A stretch of 64,000 nt of DNA, taken from positions 4,413 to 68,412 of the forward strand of contig JABDGA010000001.1 in NCBI GenBank assembly GCA_013286285.1. Direction: 5' to 3'. Position numbers and translations under genes: made by a program. Source of the DNA: Alphaproteobacteria bacterium (lineage in GTDB: Bacteria > Pseudomonadota > Alphaproteobacteria > Rickettsiales > JABCZZ01). The notes beneath the pieces were generated by a model. It was not told the DNA's origin. It made no database searches and saw only the letters and a list, made by a program, of their open reading frames with translations. This document shows, one piece after another, positions 1-10,857 of this stretch; position 1 is the stretch's first letter; each line of letters opens with the position of its first letter.

Positions 1-1
1 T

Positions 2-2764
2 GCATTGCTCCCGACCGGCCTGCCCAAAAATCCGATATACCGTAAAGTGAACCCGGCGGATTCCCCGATCATGGTGCTCACGCTTACCTCCACCACGATG
101 ACACAGGGGGAATTATATGATGCCGCCTCTACTATCCTCGCGCAGAAAATTTCACAGGCTGACGGGGTAGGGCAGGTGACGGTAGGGGGCAGTGCGTTGC
201 CTGCGGTGCGTGTGGAGCTGAATCCCGATGCGCTGAATCGGTATGGCATCGGCCTTGAGCAGGTGCGCACGGCCATAGCGGCCACCAATCCCAACCGGCC
301 CAAAGGGGCCTTGGAAGATGGTGATAGGCGCTGGCAGATTTACGGCAACGATCAGGCTAACCGGGCTAAGGATTACCTGCCGATGATTATCGCCTATAAT
401 ACTACTACCGGCGCGGCGGTGCATCTGACGGATGTCGGGACGGCGATAGATTCGGTACAGGACATCCATAATGCCGGCAGCGCCAATGGCAGGCCTGCTA
501 TTGTCCTGCTGGTGTTCAAGCAACCAGGATCCAACATCATAGAAACCATTGAAAACGTGAATAAGATGTTACCCAAGCTGCGCGATTCCATCCCCGCGGC
601 GGTGGATCTGAAAGTGATAATGGAGCGCACAACTACCATCAAGGCAGCGCTGCGCGATGTGGAACTGAATCTGCTTATCGCTATTGCGCTCGTTATTATG
701 GTAGTGCTTTTGTTCCTGCGTGAGCTGCACTCTACGTTGATCCCCAGCGTTGCAGTGCCGGTGTCCCTCATCGGTACATTCGGGGTGATGTATTTATGCG
801 GATATAGCCTCGATAATTTATCGCTCATGGCCATTACCATCGCTACCGGGTTTGTGGTGGATGATGCCATTGTCGTGTTGGAAAATATTTCCCGTCATGT
901 GGAAGAAGGTTTGAGCCCGATGAAAGCAGCGTTTCTCGGGGCGCGTGAAGTTAGTTTTACGGTCATATCCATGAGCCTTTCATTGATTGCCGTATTCATC
1001 CCCATACTGTTGATGGGCGGGATCATCGGGCGGCTGTTCCGTGAGTTTGCGGTAACGTTGTCTGCAGCAATAATAGTGTCGCTGGTGGTTTCACTGACGC
1101 TGACGCCGATGATGTGCGCGCGTCTCCTGAAAAGCGATAAGGGCGTAAAGCACGGACATTTTTACCAGATAAGCGAGAACGCATTTAATACTATATATGC
1201 ACGTTATCAGGTCTCGCTTGCCTGGGCGCTCGGCCACAGCCGCTTCATCATGTTGCTGCTGCTTGCGACTGTCTGTTTCAATGTTTATCTCTATGTTATC
1301 GTTCCTAAAAGCTTTCTGCCGCAGCAAGATACCGGGCGACTGACCGGCTCGATTCAAGCGGATCAGGATATTTCTTTTCTGGCGATGAAGAAGAAATTCG
1401 ATGATTTCATTACTATTATCCATGACGATCCAGCGGTAGCCAACGTGGTCGGCATCGTCGGCGGCGGCCAGCAAAGCAATTCCGGAAGGACATTCGTGAT
1501 GCTGAAACCGCTGTCAGAACGCAACATGAGCATTGATCAAGTTATCGCCCGCCTGCGTGGTAAGCTTGCGAAAGAGCCGGGAGCAAAGCTGTTTCTTCAG
1601 GCAGCGCAGGACATAAGAATGGGGGGCAGGGCGAGCAATGCGCAATATCAGTATACGCTGCAGTCGGATGATCTGAGTGCTTTACGTGAATGGGCGCCGA
1701 AGGTCTATAAAGCGATGCAGGATATGCCGGAGCTGGCCGACGTGAATACCGACCAGCAGGATAAGGGATTACAGACTTCGCTGGTGTATGACCGTGACAT
1801 GATTTACCGGCTTGGGCTTACGCCCGGCCTGATTGACTCCACGTTGAATGACGCCTACGGCCAGAGGCAGATTTCGACGATCTATAATCCGCTTAATCAA
1901 TATCACGTGGTGATGGAGGTTGCTCCTCCTTATTCCCAGAATGCCACTGCACTGAACGATACGTATGTTATTTCTCCCGGCGGCGCGATGATACCATTCA
2001 AGACGTTTAGCCATTACGAAGACACCAATACACCGCTTGCCATTAATCACCAGGGGCAGTTCGCTGCTGCTACCATTTCATTTAACCTTCCGGATGATGT
2101 ATCGCTGAGCCAGGCTTCTGACGCGATTGACAAGACATTCCACACTATCGGCGTGCCGACGAATGTGCATGGTAGTTTTCAGGGGACGGCAAAGGTTTTT
2201 AAGGAATCGCTTGCCAGCCAGAATATGCTGATTTTGGCGGCATTGCTTACTATTTATATTGTCCTTGGCATATTGTATGAAAGCTATATCCATCCCATTA
2301 CCATTCTTTCGACATTGCCCTCCGCAGGCGTTGGTGCGATATTGGCCTTGCTGGCATTTAAGATAGACTTCACCCTGATCGCCTTTATCGGGGTTATCCT
2401 GCTGGTGGGTATCGTAAAAAAAAATGCCATCATGATGATTGATTTTGCCATTGAGGTAGAGCGCCGCGAGCATATCAGTCCGCGCGATGCTATTTACAAA
2501 GCCTGCCTGCTGCGTTTTCGTCCCATCATGATGACAACCATGGCTGCCCTGCTGGGAGCGTTGCCGCTGGCTATCGGAATAGGAGAAGGTTCCGAGCTGC
2601 GCCAGCCGCTGGGCATATCCATTGTCGGGGGGCTCATTATGAGCCAGGCACTGACGCTTTATACCACTCCGGTAGTGTATCTCTACCTGGATTCTTTCCG
2701 CCTATGGTGGCAGCGTACCCGTAGCAAACCTGATAATATAAGGGAGCCTGAATATGGGCATTAA
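2..2764 (+). CDS. RND multidrug efflux permease (AcrB/MdtB/MdtC family), 5' end cut by the window edge
   Basis: The frame is open from the first bases to 2764 (919 aa). RND hallmarks are '[16 protein letters not shown]' (TM4 Asp pair), '[15 protein letters not shown]', and two large periplasmic loops between hydrophobic blocks. An outer-membrane factor gene follows. Confidence 0.93.
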   Translation, partial: ALLPTGLPKNPIYRKVNPADSPIMVLTLTSTTMTQGELYDAASTILAQKISQADGVGQVTVGGSALPAVRVELNPDALNRYGIGLEQVRTAIAATNPNRPKGALEDGDRRWQIYGNDQANRAKDYLPMIIAYNTTTGAAVHLTDVGTAIDSVQDIHNAGSANGRPAIVLLVFKQPGSNIIETIENVNKMLPKLRDSIPAAVDLKVIMERTTTIKAALRDVELNLLIAIALVIMVVLLFLRELHSTLIPSVAVPVSLIGTFGVMYLCGYSLDNLSLMAITIATGFVVDDAIVVLENISRHVEEGLSPMKAAFLGAREVSFTVISMSLSLIAVFIPILLMGGIIGRLFREFAVTLSAAIIVSLVVSLTLTPMMCARLLKSDKGVKHGHFYQISENAFNTIYARYQVSLAWALGHSRFIMLLLLATVCFNVYLYVIVPKSFLPQQDTGRLTGSIQADQDISFLAMKKKFDDFITIIHDDPAVANVVGIVGGGQQSNSGRTFVMLKPLSERNMSIDQVIARLRGKLAKEPGAKLFLQAAQDIRMGGRASNAQYQYTLQSDDLSALREWAPKVYKAMQDMPELADVNTDQQDKGLQTSLVYDRDMIYRLGLTPGLIDSTLNDAYGQRQISTIYNPLNQYHVVMEVAPPYSQNATALNDTYVISPGGAMIPFKTFSHYEDTNTPLAINHQGQFAAATISFNLPDDVSLSQASDAIDKTFHTIGVPTNVHGSFQGTAKVFKESLASQNMLILAALLTIYIVLGILYESYIHPITILSTLPSAGVGAILALLAFKIDFTLIAFIGVILLVGIVKKNAIMMIDFAIEVERREHISPRDAIYKACLLRFRPIMMTTMAALLGALPLAIGIGEGSELRQPLGISIVGGLIMSQALTLYTTPVVYLYLDSFRLWWQRTRSKPDNIREPEYGH

Positions 2765-4223
2765 AATTAACCGTCATTGCGAGCGTAGCGAAGCAATCCA
2801 GCCTGGATTGCTTTGTCGGCGTTGCCTCCTCGCAATGACGATAATAATTATAAATGTTCTAGCCGCCTGTACGGTCGGGCCGGATTACGTGCGTCCCACA
2901 ACCGAGAAACCTGCAGAGTTTAAGGAGTCCAAGGGCTGGAAGCAGGCACAGCCTCAAGACAACGCTATACGCGGCAAATGGTGGGAAATATTTAACGATC
3001 CAGAACTAAACAAGCTGGAAGAGCAGGTGGATATTTCCAACCCGAACGTAAAAGCTGCTGAAGCTTCTTACCGGCAGGCGCGGGCATTGGTGTCGGAAGC
3101 ACGTGCCGGATATTTTCCCACTATCTCAGCCAACGTATCGCAAACACGTAGCGGCGCTGGCGGTAGTACAAGGAATGGGACTGCAAGTAGCAGCTTTGGC
3201 GGTGTAGGCAATTTTTATGATGCGGAAGTGGATGCTAGCTGGGTTCCGGATATTTGGGGGCGCATACGGCGGACAGTGGAGGAAAATAAGGCGCAGGCAC
3301 AAGCAAGCGCAGCGGATCTGGGTGCGGCAAAGCTCAGCGCGCAGGCGACGCTCGCCACCGATTACCTGGATTTGCGCATTGCGGATGAGCAGAAACGCCT
3401 GCTGGATAGTACAGTAAAAAATTATGAGAGAGCACTGCAGATTACAGAGAATCTTTATAAATCTGGCGTAAATGCGCAATCGGACGTATTGCAGGCAAAG
3501 ACGCAGCTTGAATCCACGCAGGCGCAGGCGGTGGATATCGGCGTAAATCGTGCACAGCTTGAGCATGCCATAGCCATTCTGATTGGCAAAGCCCCGGCGG
3601 ATTTTTCCATTGCGCCCGTTAATGTTGTGCCGGATCTGCCAGCGATTCCTGTGGGCGTGCCTTCCGCGTTGCTGGAGCGTCGTCCGGACATTTCCGGGGC
3701 TGAGCGTCGTGCTGCAGCGGCCAATGCAGCGATAGGCGTTGCCAAAGCGGCGTATTTCCCCGATCTTACGCTGACCGCCACGGGTGGCTACCAAAGCTCA
3801 ACACTCGCCAATTGGTTCTCGCTGCCAAACCGTGTCTGGACTATCGGTCCACAGCTTGCCGAGACGTTGTTTGACGCTGGATTGAGAAAAGCGCAGACTC
3901 AAGCGGCTATCGCAGCCTATGATCAGGCGGTGGCCAATTACCGGCAGGCCGTGCTGGGAGGGTTCCAGGAAGTGGAAGATAATCTGGCGGCATTGCGTAT
4001 CCTTGAACAGGAAACAGATATGCAGCAACATGCGGTAACGGACGCGCAGGCAGCGGCGAAAATATTCCTTAATCAGTACAAATCCGGAATCGTCAGCTAT
4101 CTGAACGTTATCACCGCGCAGAATACGGAACTTACCAATGAACTGACAGCCCTTAATATCCGCAAGCAACGGCTGAATGCAGCGGCGGCGCTAATTACGG
4201 CACTGGGCGGGGGATGGAAATGA
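2754..4223 (+). CDS. RND-efflux outer membrane lipoprotein (NodT/OprM family)
   Basis: 489-aa ORF overlapping the RND stop. It has lipobox 'NVLAAC' followed by 'TVGPDYVRP', then '[14 protein letters not shown]' and a C-terminal 'LGGGWK'. The start is ambiguous: 2754, or ATG 2835 inside the palindromic element. Confidence 0.9.
   Translation: MGIKINRHCERSEAIQPGLLCRRCLLAMTIIIINVLAACTVGPDYVRPTTEKPAEFKESKGWKQAQPQDNAIRGKWWEIFNDPELNKLEEQVDISNPNVKAAEASYRQARALVSEARAGYFPTISANVSQTRSGAGGSTRNGTASSSFGGVGNFYDAEVDASWVPDIWGRIRRTVEENKAQAQASAADLGAAKLSAQATLATDYLDLRIADEQKRLLDSTVKNYERALQITENLYKSGVNAQSDVLQAKTQLESTQAQAVDIGVNRAQLEHAIAILIGKAPADFSIAPVNVVPDLPAIPVGVPSALLERRPDISGAERRAAAANAAIGVAKAAYFPDLTLTATGGYQSSTLANWFSLPNRVWTIGPQLAETLFDAGLRKAQTQAAIAAYDQAVANYRQAVLGGFQEVEDNLAALRILEQETDMQQHAVTDAQAAAKIFLNQYKSGIVSYLNVITAQNTELTNELTALNIRKQRLNAAAALITALGGGWK
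2772..2840. repeat. 69-bp nested palindromic (REP/RPE-like) element
   Basis: Outer arms are cgtcattgcgag (2772-2783) and ctcgcaatgacg (2829-2840). The inner palindrome is aagcaatccag/ctggattgctt. It lies at the RND stop / OMF start junction and translates as '[13 protein letters not shown]'. Confidence 0.8.
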
Positions 4224-4225
4224 TG

Positions 4226-5548
4226 TTATATGCTTCTAAGAGGAACTGTAGCTGCCAATGTCTTATTGAGCCACGAACTCTGGTTTAATTCAATTACTTT
4301 TTCGATTATTGCTTTTTCCACCTTCTCCTCGTTCAGGGTGACATGGGCAAGCTGTGTTGCGACGTATTGCGCTGCTTCCTTTATGGCGGCAGTGCGTATC
4401 GGCTCCGGTTGTTTTGCAAGGAGGTTGGCGGCCAGCAGCACCAGGTCGGCAGTCATCCTTTTATCATCCTCGGTTTCCGCCGGGCGTTTCGAGCCGGACA
4501 TACCGAATAAGGTATGCGCTACAAGAAAAGAACTTTGCGCCCCCACATTGAGCAAATAATCATTTTTGCCTTTGGTATGGAGGGTTCTTTTGCGTTCGCC
4601 GTCTACCGGATTAAAGGCTCCCCATATATTCACGGCGTTGTTGGCCAGCGCCAGGGGACGCGCTATCCAGGCACGCGGGTTATTCGTGATTTTCCCAATC
4701 AGGGTTGCGGGAGGGGATTTGTTAAATATTTCCGCGCCTCTGGGCTTATCCAGCAGGAATGTAATGGCCCAGCCCGTGGCAAGCATCAACCCGGCGGCGA
4801 AACGGTACTGGTTTTTGTTATCCGGTTTGCTCGCGGTATACATGGTAAGCAACCCTCCGGAGAATTCCGTCAGGCATTTAATCCTCCCGATATTTTTATG
4901 CAGCCAGTTATGTATTTCCTCAATGGCACCGCTTTTATATAACGATTCCGGGGTAAGGGCATCTCCGTTGGGGATAACGATGTTTTTTTTCTGCAGGTGT
5001 TTGCGCAGTCCTGCATTTGCAGCGGCGAACTCGTCGGAGCTGTCATCCTGGCCATACGCCGTCATTAATATATCGCCTAAACTGAAGGCGGCGCCTATGC
5101 CGATTTCTGATTTGTCATGTGAGGTCAATTTGCCATCGGGATTGTGGCGTCCATGCACAAGGCCGGAGATGATTAATGCAATATTTCCCAGATCATAAAG
5201 CAGGGCAGAGAGAAAAAACGAGCTGCGTCTTATGCGCTCGCCATAGCTTGCGGGTTTCTTCTTATCCGCCAGGATAGTTTCTTTCTGGGTTTCAGAGGTA
5301 AGCCCCAGTTCGCCTGAGGCTTCAAATAAGTCATCCGGGTTCTTTATTCCCCGCACCTGAAGGGCGGTATTTCCATCAACCGTGTCCGCCAAGGTATAAA
5401 AAGATTTTGCTAATTGTGCTCTTAAGTCCTCGATGTCCTGCTTTTTTGCATCTTTATGCATGACAATCGTTGCCGAATAACCGACAGGCTGCTGTGTTAC
5501 CTCCACGCTTTCGATCAGGGGGGAATTAGGATAACGGTATACAGGCAT
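4226..5548 (-). CDS. hypothetical multi-pass membrane protein (no family recognised)
   Basis: 440-aa ORF, the longest frame in the interval, convergent with the OMF gene. A soluble N-terminal ~110 aa is followed by hydrophobic segments such as 'FFLSALLYDLGNIALIISGLV' and 'FAAGLMLATGWAITFLL'. Confidence 0.7.
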   Translation of the reverse strand: MPVYRYPNSPLIESVEVTQQPVGYSATIVMHKDAKKQDIEDLRAQLAKSFYTLADTVDGNTALQVRGIKNPDDLFEASGELGLTSETQKETILADKKKPASYGERIRRSSFFLSALLYDLGNIALIISGLVHGRHNPDGKLTSHDKSEIGIGAAFSLGDILMTAYGQDDSSDEFAAANAGLRKHLQKKNIVIPNGDALTPESLYKSGAIEEIHNWLHKNIGRIKCLTEFSGGLLTMYTASKPDNKNQYRFAAGLMLATGWAITFLLDKPRGAEIFNKSPPATLIGKITNNPRAWIARPLALANNAVNIWGAFNPVDGERKRTLHTKGKNDYLLNVGAQSSFLVAHTLFGMSGSKRPAETEDDKRMTADLVLLAANLLAKQPEPIRTAAIKEAAQYVATQLAHVTLNEEKVEKAIIEKVIELNQSSWLNKTLAATVPLRSI

Positions 5549-5647
5549 ACGGCTTATAGAGGCATTAGTATAGTTTCTATAGTAACATTATCCTGTTACA
5601 TAATTATTACAAATTCTGGAAACCCCTGTTATTGATATTAAATATTA

Positions 5648-6862
5648 TCAATAGATTAGGTCAATAAAGGTAAATCTATCGCGGATATATTTCGCGTATC
5701 TTGCCGCCTGCACAAGCTCCTTATCATTCCAGCCGATATTTTTTGCCTGGGTGGGAGCGCCAGCTTTTTGTAAGACACCGCGTAGAACGGATTCATGTAA
5801 CGTTACTCTGTATAGCGCATCCCGTATTGCCTTATCTTCTTTTTGCAGGCGTTCGTTTATACCATCGTATTTTTCATATAGTATGTGTTTTTTATGGTAG
5901 GCATCGTATACGCTTTTAGCAAGCGTTCTGCCAAAATAACCGGAGATGGCATTTTGGATGTCCGTATTTGCGTATTTCTTTAAATATAATGGCTTTGAAA
6001 GCACTTGTTGCTGGAGGCCTGCCATGAACAGCGTGGTCACCCCGATCTGCTCTCCGTGATAAGCTTCCTGCAGCGCATTCCCATGCTGCATCTCCATGGT
6101 ATGGGCAATCAGATGCTCACCTTGGCTTGCCGGATAGCTTCCTCCTGCTATCACCATGCCGAATCCGGAGACAAGCAAAGTGATTATAAGCAATTTTATT
6201 ATGTTTGTATCACCTGCTATCAATTTATCAGCATGATGAAATAATTCCTGTTCATAGGGGGCCAGCAGGGAGAAAGGTAGAGGATCGTAGGAAGTGGCAA
6301 AAAGCAGGTGTGAAAGCAGCCAGTCGGCCTGTGCGGTCGGGCGGCAGAGAGAGTCGCCTAGTCCGCTTTGTATCAGGCGTGTGGGGGCAGCCGCAAGTAC
6401 GCTCAAATCGCAGAATACGCCTTTGGGCAGATGCGCCGCCAGCGTTTGCTTATGACCATGGATGGTGATGGAAGCATTAGCGGAGCAGTAGCCATTCATC
6501 GAAGGGGCGGTGGGAAACACGGCATAAGGCTTATTGTCAAGGAAGGAAGCGTATTTACAGAGATCATTGATGGTGCCGCTGCCCACAGCGATTAGAGCGC
6601 CCGCCTGTTTGGCGCGAATAAAGGAAACAGTTTCCATGTTGGCATAGGGCGTGTCATTCAATATCAGAAAAGGGCTATCCAGTTCCTTTACCAGTCTTTT
6701 GCCCAGCGCTTCATAGGTGACGGAGTCGCATACCAGTAATAACGGTGTATTATTGCCAAGTCCCGCATTTGTAATGAGTTCCCTGCTGCGATCCGCAAGT
6801 GAACGTGCAATGGTAATGCTGCAACCCAATCTTTTAGCGAGCTCTTTAAAATGAATATGCAT
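5648..6862 (-). CDS. iron-containing alcohol dehydrogenase superfamily protein, sn-glycerol-1-phosphate dehydrogenase (AraM/EgsA)-like
   Basis: 404 aa with nucleotide loop 'LIAVGSGTINDLCKY', 'SGLGDSLCRP', and a His-rich metal site 'GEHLIAHTMEMQHG'. Confidence 0.7.
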   Translation of the reverse strand: MHIHFKELAKRLGCSITIARSLADRSRELITNAGLGNNTPLLLVCDSVTYEALGKRLVKELDSPFLILNDTPYANMETVSFIRAKQAGALIAVGSGTINDLCKYASFLDNKPYAVFPTAPSMNGYCSANASITIHGHKQTLAAHLPKGVFCDLSVLAAAPTRLIQSGLGDSLCRPTAQADWLLSHLLFATSYDPLPFSLLAPYEQELFHHADKLIAGDTNIIKLLIITLLVSGFGMVIAGGSYPASQGEHLIAHTMEMQHGNALQEAYHGEQIGVTTLFMAGLQQQVLSKPLYLKKYANTDIQNAISGYFGRTLAKSVYDAYHKKHILYEKYDGINERLQKEDKAIRDALYRVTLHESVLRGVLQKAGAPTQAKNIGWNDKELVQAARYAKYIRDRFTFIDLIY

Positions 6863-7032
6863 AAGATCTTCTCTTAGATGCCATTAACATCAGGCGGAGC
6901 GCTGCAAGCAACTGAAATCTCAATCAGAGAATTAAAAATACTTTATTAAAAGACACCTCTCGCCACATAGCTTCATTATACCGGGTTAGGGCAGTATGCA
7001 GATGTTGATGCAACTAAGGATAGAGAATTTGT

Positions 7033-7269
7033 ATGAATAAAGCATTGTTTTTGAGTGCAGCCGGATGTTGTTTTCTGATAGCGGCGGCAGCAAATGCCCA
7101 GGTGGATTTTCAACTGAATGTCGGTAGACCCGCCTATCCGGCATATGTTGCGCCGCCACCTCCCCCGCCTGCGGTATATGTGTCTCCTTATCCGCGTGCG
7201 CATGATCCATGGCACAGAAGGAGAGATTGGGAGTACTGGGATAAGGTACATCATCACGAACACAGATAA
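7033..7269 (+). CDS. small secreted Pro/His-rich protein (hypothetical)
   Basis: 78 aa. Signal peptide 'MNKALFLSAAGCCFLIAAAANA', a PPPPPP run, and the tail 'HRRRDWEYWDKVHHHEHR'. Confidence 0.55.
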   Translation: MNKALFLSAAGCCFLIAAAANAQVDFQLNVGRPAYPAYVAPPPPPPAVYVSPYPRAHDPWHRRRDWEYWDKVHHHEHR

Positions 7270-7306
7270 TTGAATTCATCGTTTTAATTAATATTAACAA
7301 AGGAGA

Positions 7307-7666
7307 ATGATTATGAAGAAGCTTACAACAATTCTATTAATAAGTGCTATGGTCTTTGCAACGCCTGTACTGGCTGACACTCCTCAGGAAGAAAGACAAG
7401 ATATTCAATCGGATGTGAATGCGATCCATAAGGATAACCAGGCGATTCAGAAGGATCAGCAGGAGTTAAGCAACGACCGTGCTGCCAAGGCCATAGACAA
7501 GGCGAATGGCAATTATGGTAAGGAAGCGGTGGATAGCACTGCTATTGGTGTAGACAAAGCCAAGATTCAAGAAAAAACCGCAGCAAAGAAGCATCATAAA
7601 AAGAAGCTGAAGCAAGAGGAAAATAAAGTCGATACCACTACAGATGGAACGTCGTCTTCCCGTTAA
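7307..7666 (+). CDS. small secreted Lys/Gln-rich protein (hypothetical)
   Basis: 119 aa. Signal peptide 'MKKLTTILLISAMVFATPVLA' and a charged low-complexity body, followed by a hairpin terminator. Confidence 0.65.
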   Translation: MIMKKLTTILLISAMVFATPVLADTPQEERQDIQSDVNAIHKDNQAIQKDQQELSNDRAAKAIDKANGNYGKEAVDSTAIGVDKAKIQEKTAAKKHHKKKLKQEENKVDTTTDGTSSSR

Positions 7667-7674
7667 TGTTATTA

Positions 7675-7704
7675 CCTCCACCGGCTCTGTCGGTGGAGGT
7701 TTCT
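7675..7704 (+). terminator. rho-independent terminator candidate
   Basis: Stem cctccaccg (7675-7683), a 7-nt loop, stem cggtggagg (7691-7699), then tttct. It lies 9 nt after the stop at 7666, between convergent genes. Confidence 0.6.
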
Positions 7705-8497
7705 ACTGCCCGCGTTCCTTTGCGATTTGCTTCACGGCGGCATCGATCTTTAATTCAATAAATTTTTTACCATAATCGACGTTTGCATTGACAGAAGATC
7801 CATCCACTCCAAGCTTAGCAAAATCAGAAGGGCTATAATTCCCGCGTAGCTTACTGCGTACGCCTTCAGGGTTAGCTATAAGCATTTCCGAGGTATCCGC
7901 CAGCCCGCCATGGGCTTCCACATTTTTTTCTTTAGGATCCTGTTGTTTCATCCACGCCACCTGTCCGTTATGCTCGTCATAGTAATCACTGACATGGATG
8001 ACCCTTATCCCCTCATCCTTCCATTCTGCGGAGAGCTTTCTGGCCACCTCCGCCTGCACCGGCTGGCTGGCGCCATGCTCGCCGATAAAGCAGATTATCT
8101 TAAATCCGTGTTGCTTCAGGCTGCGCGTTGTATCTTCGAGAAATGCTGCAAACGTTTCCGGCCTGAGCGATAACGTGCCGGTAAACTGCATATGTCCTGT
8201 GGGTGGGTCAAAGTTCCCTTCAGGCACATAGGGCATGATGGGCGCAACGAGCGTATGGCCCAATCTTTCGGCAATCATAGGCGCGGTTTTACGCAAGATA
8301 AAGTTATGTTTTCCCAGCACGATATGCGGCCCGGTCTGCTCGGTCCCCCCGGTTGGCACGATGACGGTCGTTGTTCCGCCGTTAATGGCGGCGCGTACTT
8401 CTGACCACGTCATATCCTCCAGCATGACAGTGGCAGCTTGAGCAGGCCCAAAACAAAGCAGAGTAAAAACGGCAAAAAAGCAGCAAAAAATACGCAT
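7703..8497 (-). CDS. creatininase (creatinine amidohydrolase) family protein with signal peptide
   Basis: 264 aa with 'MTWSEVRAAINGGTTTVIVPTGGTEQTGPH', 'IGEHGA' and 'HGGLADTSEML'. Confidence 0.8.
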   Translation of the reverse strand: MRIFCCFFAVFTLLCFGPAQAATVMLEDMTWSEVRAAINGGTTTVIVPTGGTEQTGPHIVLGKHNFILRKTAPMIAERLGHTLVAPIMPYVPEGNFDPPTGHMQFTGTLSLRPETFAAFLEDTTRSLKQHGFKIICFIGEHGASQPVQAEVARKLSAEWKDEGIRVIHVSDYYDEHNGQVAWMKQQDPKEKNVEAHGGLADTSEMLIANPEGVRSKLRGNYSPSDFAKLGVDGSSVNANVDYGKKFIELKIDAAVKQIAKERGQ

Positions 8498-8554
8498 AAA
8501 CCCTGCCTTATGGTTGATTTAGTGGTTTTCCCTGTTATATAAGGCAGGGACAGT

Positions 8555-10789
8555 ATGGGCAATATAAACAAATCGGATAATACGCCAATCATTACGGACG
8601 TGTCCTTTAAGGATGCGCTTTCCGAGCGTTATCTTGCGTATGCACTTTCCACCATCATGTCACGCTCCCTGCCGGATGTGCGGGACGGCCTGAAGCCCGT
8701 ACACCGCCGCCTGCTTTACGCTATGCTGCAATTGAAGCTGGATCCAAAGTCGGGGTTCAAGAAATGTGCGCGCGTGGTGGGCGACGTCATTGGTAAATAC
8801 CATCCTCACGGGGATACGGCGGTGTATGATACGCTGGTTCGCCTTGCGCAATCGTTTGCTGTGCGTTATCCGCTGGTGGAAGGGCAGGGCAATTTTGGCA
8901 GCATTGACGGCGACAACGCGGCGGCCATGCGTTATACCGAGGCGCGTCTTACGGAAGTATCGCTGGCGCTGCTGGAGGGAATTGACCAGGACACAGTGAA
9001 TTTTCGCCCGACGTATGATGGCGGGGATGAAGAACCGATAGTATTGCCTGCAAGCTTTCCCAATCTGCTGGCCAACGGCTCGGAAGGCATTGCAGTTGGC
9101 ATGGCGACCTCCATCCCACCGCATAATGTCGGCGAATTATGTGACGCACTTATCTATCTTATCCAGCATCCGAATGCTTCCATCGCCAAGCTCCTGAGTT
9201 TCGTTAAAGGCCCGGATTTTCCGACCGGAGGCATTATCGTTGAGTCGGAGCAGAATATACTTCAGGCGTATGAAACCGGGCGCGGCAGTTTCCGCACTCG
9301 CGCGCGCTGGGAGAAAGAACAACTGAGCCATGGGCTTTACCAGATTATCATTACGGAAATTCCTTATCAGATACAAAAATCGAAACTGATTGAGAAAATC
9401 GCCGAGCTATTCAAGAATAAGAAGTTGCCGCTGCTGGGGAATATCCGCGATGAATCCGCCGAGGATATGCGGATTGTGTTGGAGCCCAAGAGCCGCCAGG
9501 TGGATGCCGACATGCTCATGGAGTCGTTGTTCAAGGTGACCGATCTTGAGAGCCGTTTCAACATGAACATGAATGTATTGACCTCCGGAAACGTGCCGCA
9601 GGTGCTGAACTTACGCGAGGTGCTGGCCGCCTTCCTTGTCCATCGTGATGAGGTAGTCGTCCGGCGTACTAAATTCCGTTTGGAGAAAATTGCTCATCGC
9701 TTGGAAGTGCTGGGTGGGTTACTGATTGCCTACCTGAACCTGGACGAAGTCATCCATCTTATCCGCACCGAGGATGAACCCAAGCCTAAGATGATGAAAA
9801 AATGGAACTTAAGCGATGTTCAGGCGGAAGCTATCCTCAATATGCGCCTGCGCAGCCTGCGCAAGCTCGATGAGATCGAGATTCGTCAGGAGAATGATGC
9901 CTTGCTCAAGGAGCAGAAGGAATTAAAACAGGTGCTGGCGTCTGATGAGCGCCGCTGGGAAGTTATCACGCAGGAAATAAAAGACATTAAAAAAGCATTT
10001 GGCAATTCCACTGCGTTGGGCAAGCGCCGTACGGATTTCGCCGATGCGCCCGCTGCCGCTGCAGTTATTTCCATCGAGGCCTTTGTGGAAAAGGAGCCGA
10101 TTACCATTATCTGCTCGAAGATGGGCTGGATACGGGCCATCAAGGGGCATAGCGGCGATCTCAGTGATATCAAATACAAGGATGGGGACGAGGAGAAATT
10201 CTGCCTTTTTGCCCAAACCACCGACAAATTATTACTTTTTTCAACCGATGGTAAGTTTTTTACCCTTGCATGCGATAAAATCCCACGCGGTAAGGGACAA
10301 GGCGACCCGATCCGCTTGTTCATTGAGCTGGATAACGAACAGGATATCGTCGATCTGGTGAACTTCAAGCCGGGTGAGAAATTCCTCGTGGCGTCCAGCG
10401 TCGGCAGGGGCTTTATTGTCGCTGCCGAAGAGGTGGTGGCCAGCACGAAGAACGGCAAGCAGATACTAAATGTGGAAGAGAAGGCGCATGCCATGTTGCT
10501 GCGCGTGGTGGACGGGGATCATGTTGCGGTTATCGGCGATAACCGTAAGTTGCTGGTATTTCCGATAAGCGAAATTCCGGAAATGCGCCGCGGACAAGGA
10601 GTGTCATTGCAGAAGTATAAAGGCGGTAATCTCGCCGATGCGAAGATATTTAAACTCTCCGATGGGTTATCGTGGCAATCCGGTGAACGCACTCGCACGG
10701 AAACGGATGTCAAGCCATGGCTCGGCCACCGTGGCACGGCTGGTCGATTACCGCCGACAGGATTCCCACGCTCGAATGTGTTTGAGTGA
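8555..10789 (+). CDS. parC: DNA topoisomerase IV subunit A
   Basis: 744 aa with '[22 protein letters not shown]', '[22 protein letters not shown]', '[28 protein letters not shown]'. The length and the lack of a GyrA box favour ParC over GyrA. Confidence 0.9.
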   Translation: MGNINKSDNTPIITDVSFKDALSERYLAYALSTIMSRSLPDVRDGLKPVHRRLLYAMLQLKLDPKSGFKKCARVVGDVIGKYHPHGDTAVYDTLVRLAQSFAVRYPLVEGQGNFGSIDGDNAAAMRYTEARLTEVSLALLEGIDQDTVNFRPTYDGGDEEPIVLPASFPNLLANGSEGIAVGMATSIPPHNVGELCDALIYLIQHPNASIAKLLSFVKGPDFPTGGIIVESEQNILQAYETGRGSFRTRARWEKEQLSHGLYQIIITEIPYQIQKSKLIEKIAELFKNKKLPLLGNIRDESAEDMRIVLEPKSRQVDADMLMESLFKVTDLESRFNMNMNVLTSGNVPQVLNLREVLAAFLVHRDEVVVRRTKFRLEKIAHRLEVLGGLLIAYLNLDEVIHLIRTEDEPKPKMMKKWNLSDVQAEAILNMRLRSLRKLDEIEIRQENDALLKEQKELKQVLASDERRWEVITQEIKDIKKAFGNSTALGKRRTDFADAPAAAAVISIEAFVEKEPITIICSKMGWIRAIKGHSGDLSDIKYKDGDEEKFCLFAQTTDKLLLFSTDGKFFTLACDKIPRGKGQGDPIRLFIELDNEQDIVDLVNFKPGEKFLVASSVGRGFIVAAEEVVASTKNGKQILNVEEKAHAMLLRVVDGDHVAVIGDNRKLLVFPISEIPEMRRGQGVSLQKYKGGNLADAKIFKLSDGLSWQSGERTRTETDVKPWLGHRGTAGRLPPTGFPRSNVFE

Positions 10790-10857
10790 CTTGTTTGTAA
10801 ATTATTAACTTTTTCCGTTTATTATAAAGTTCACTAATTCAAGCAGATTCATTGTAA

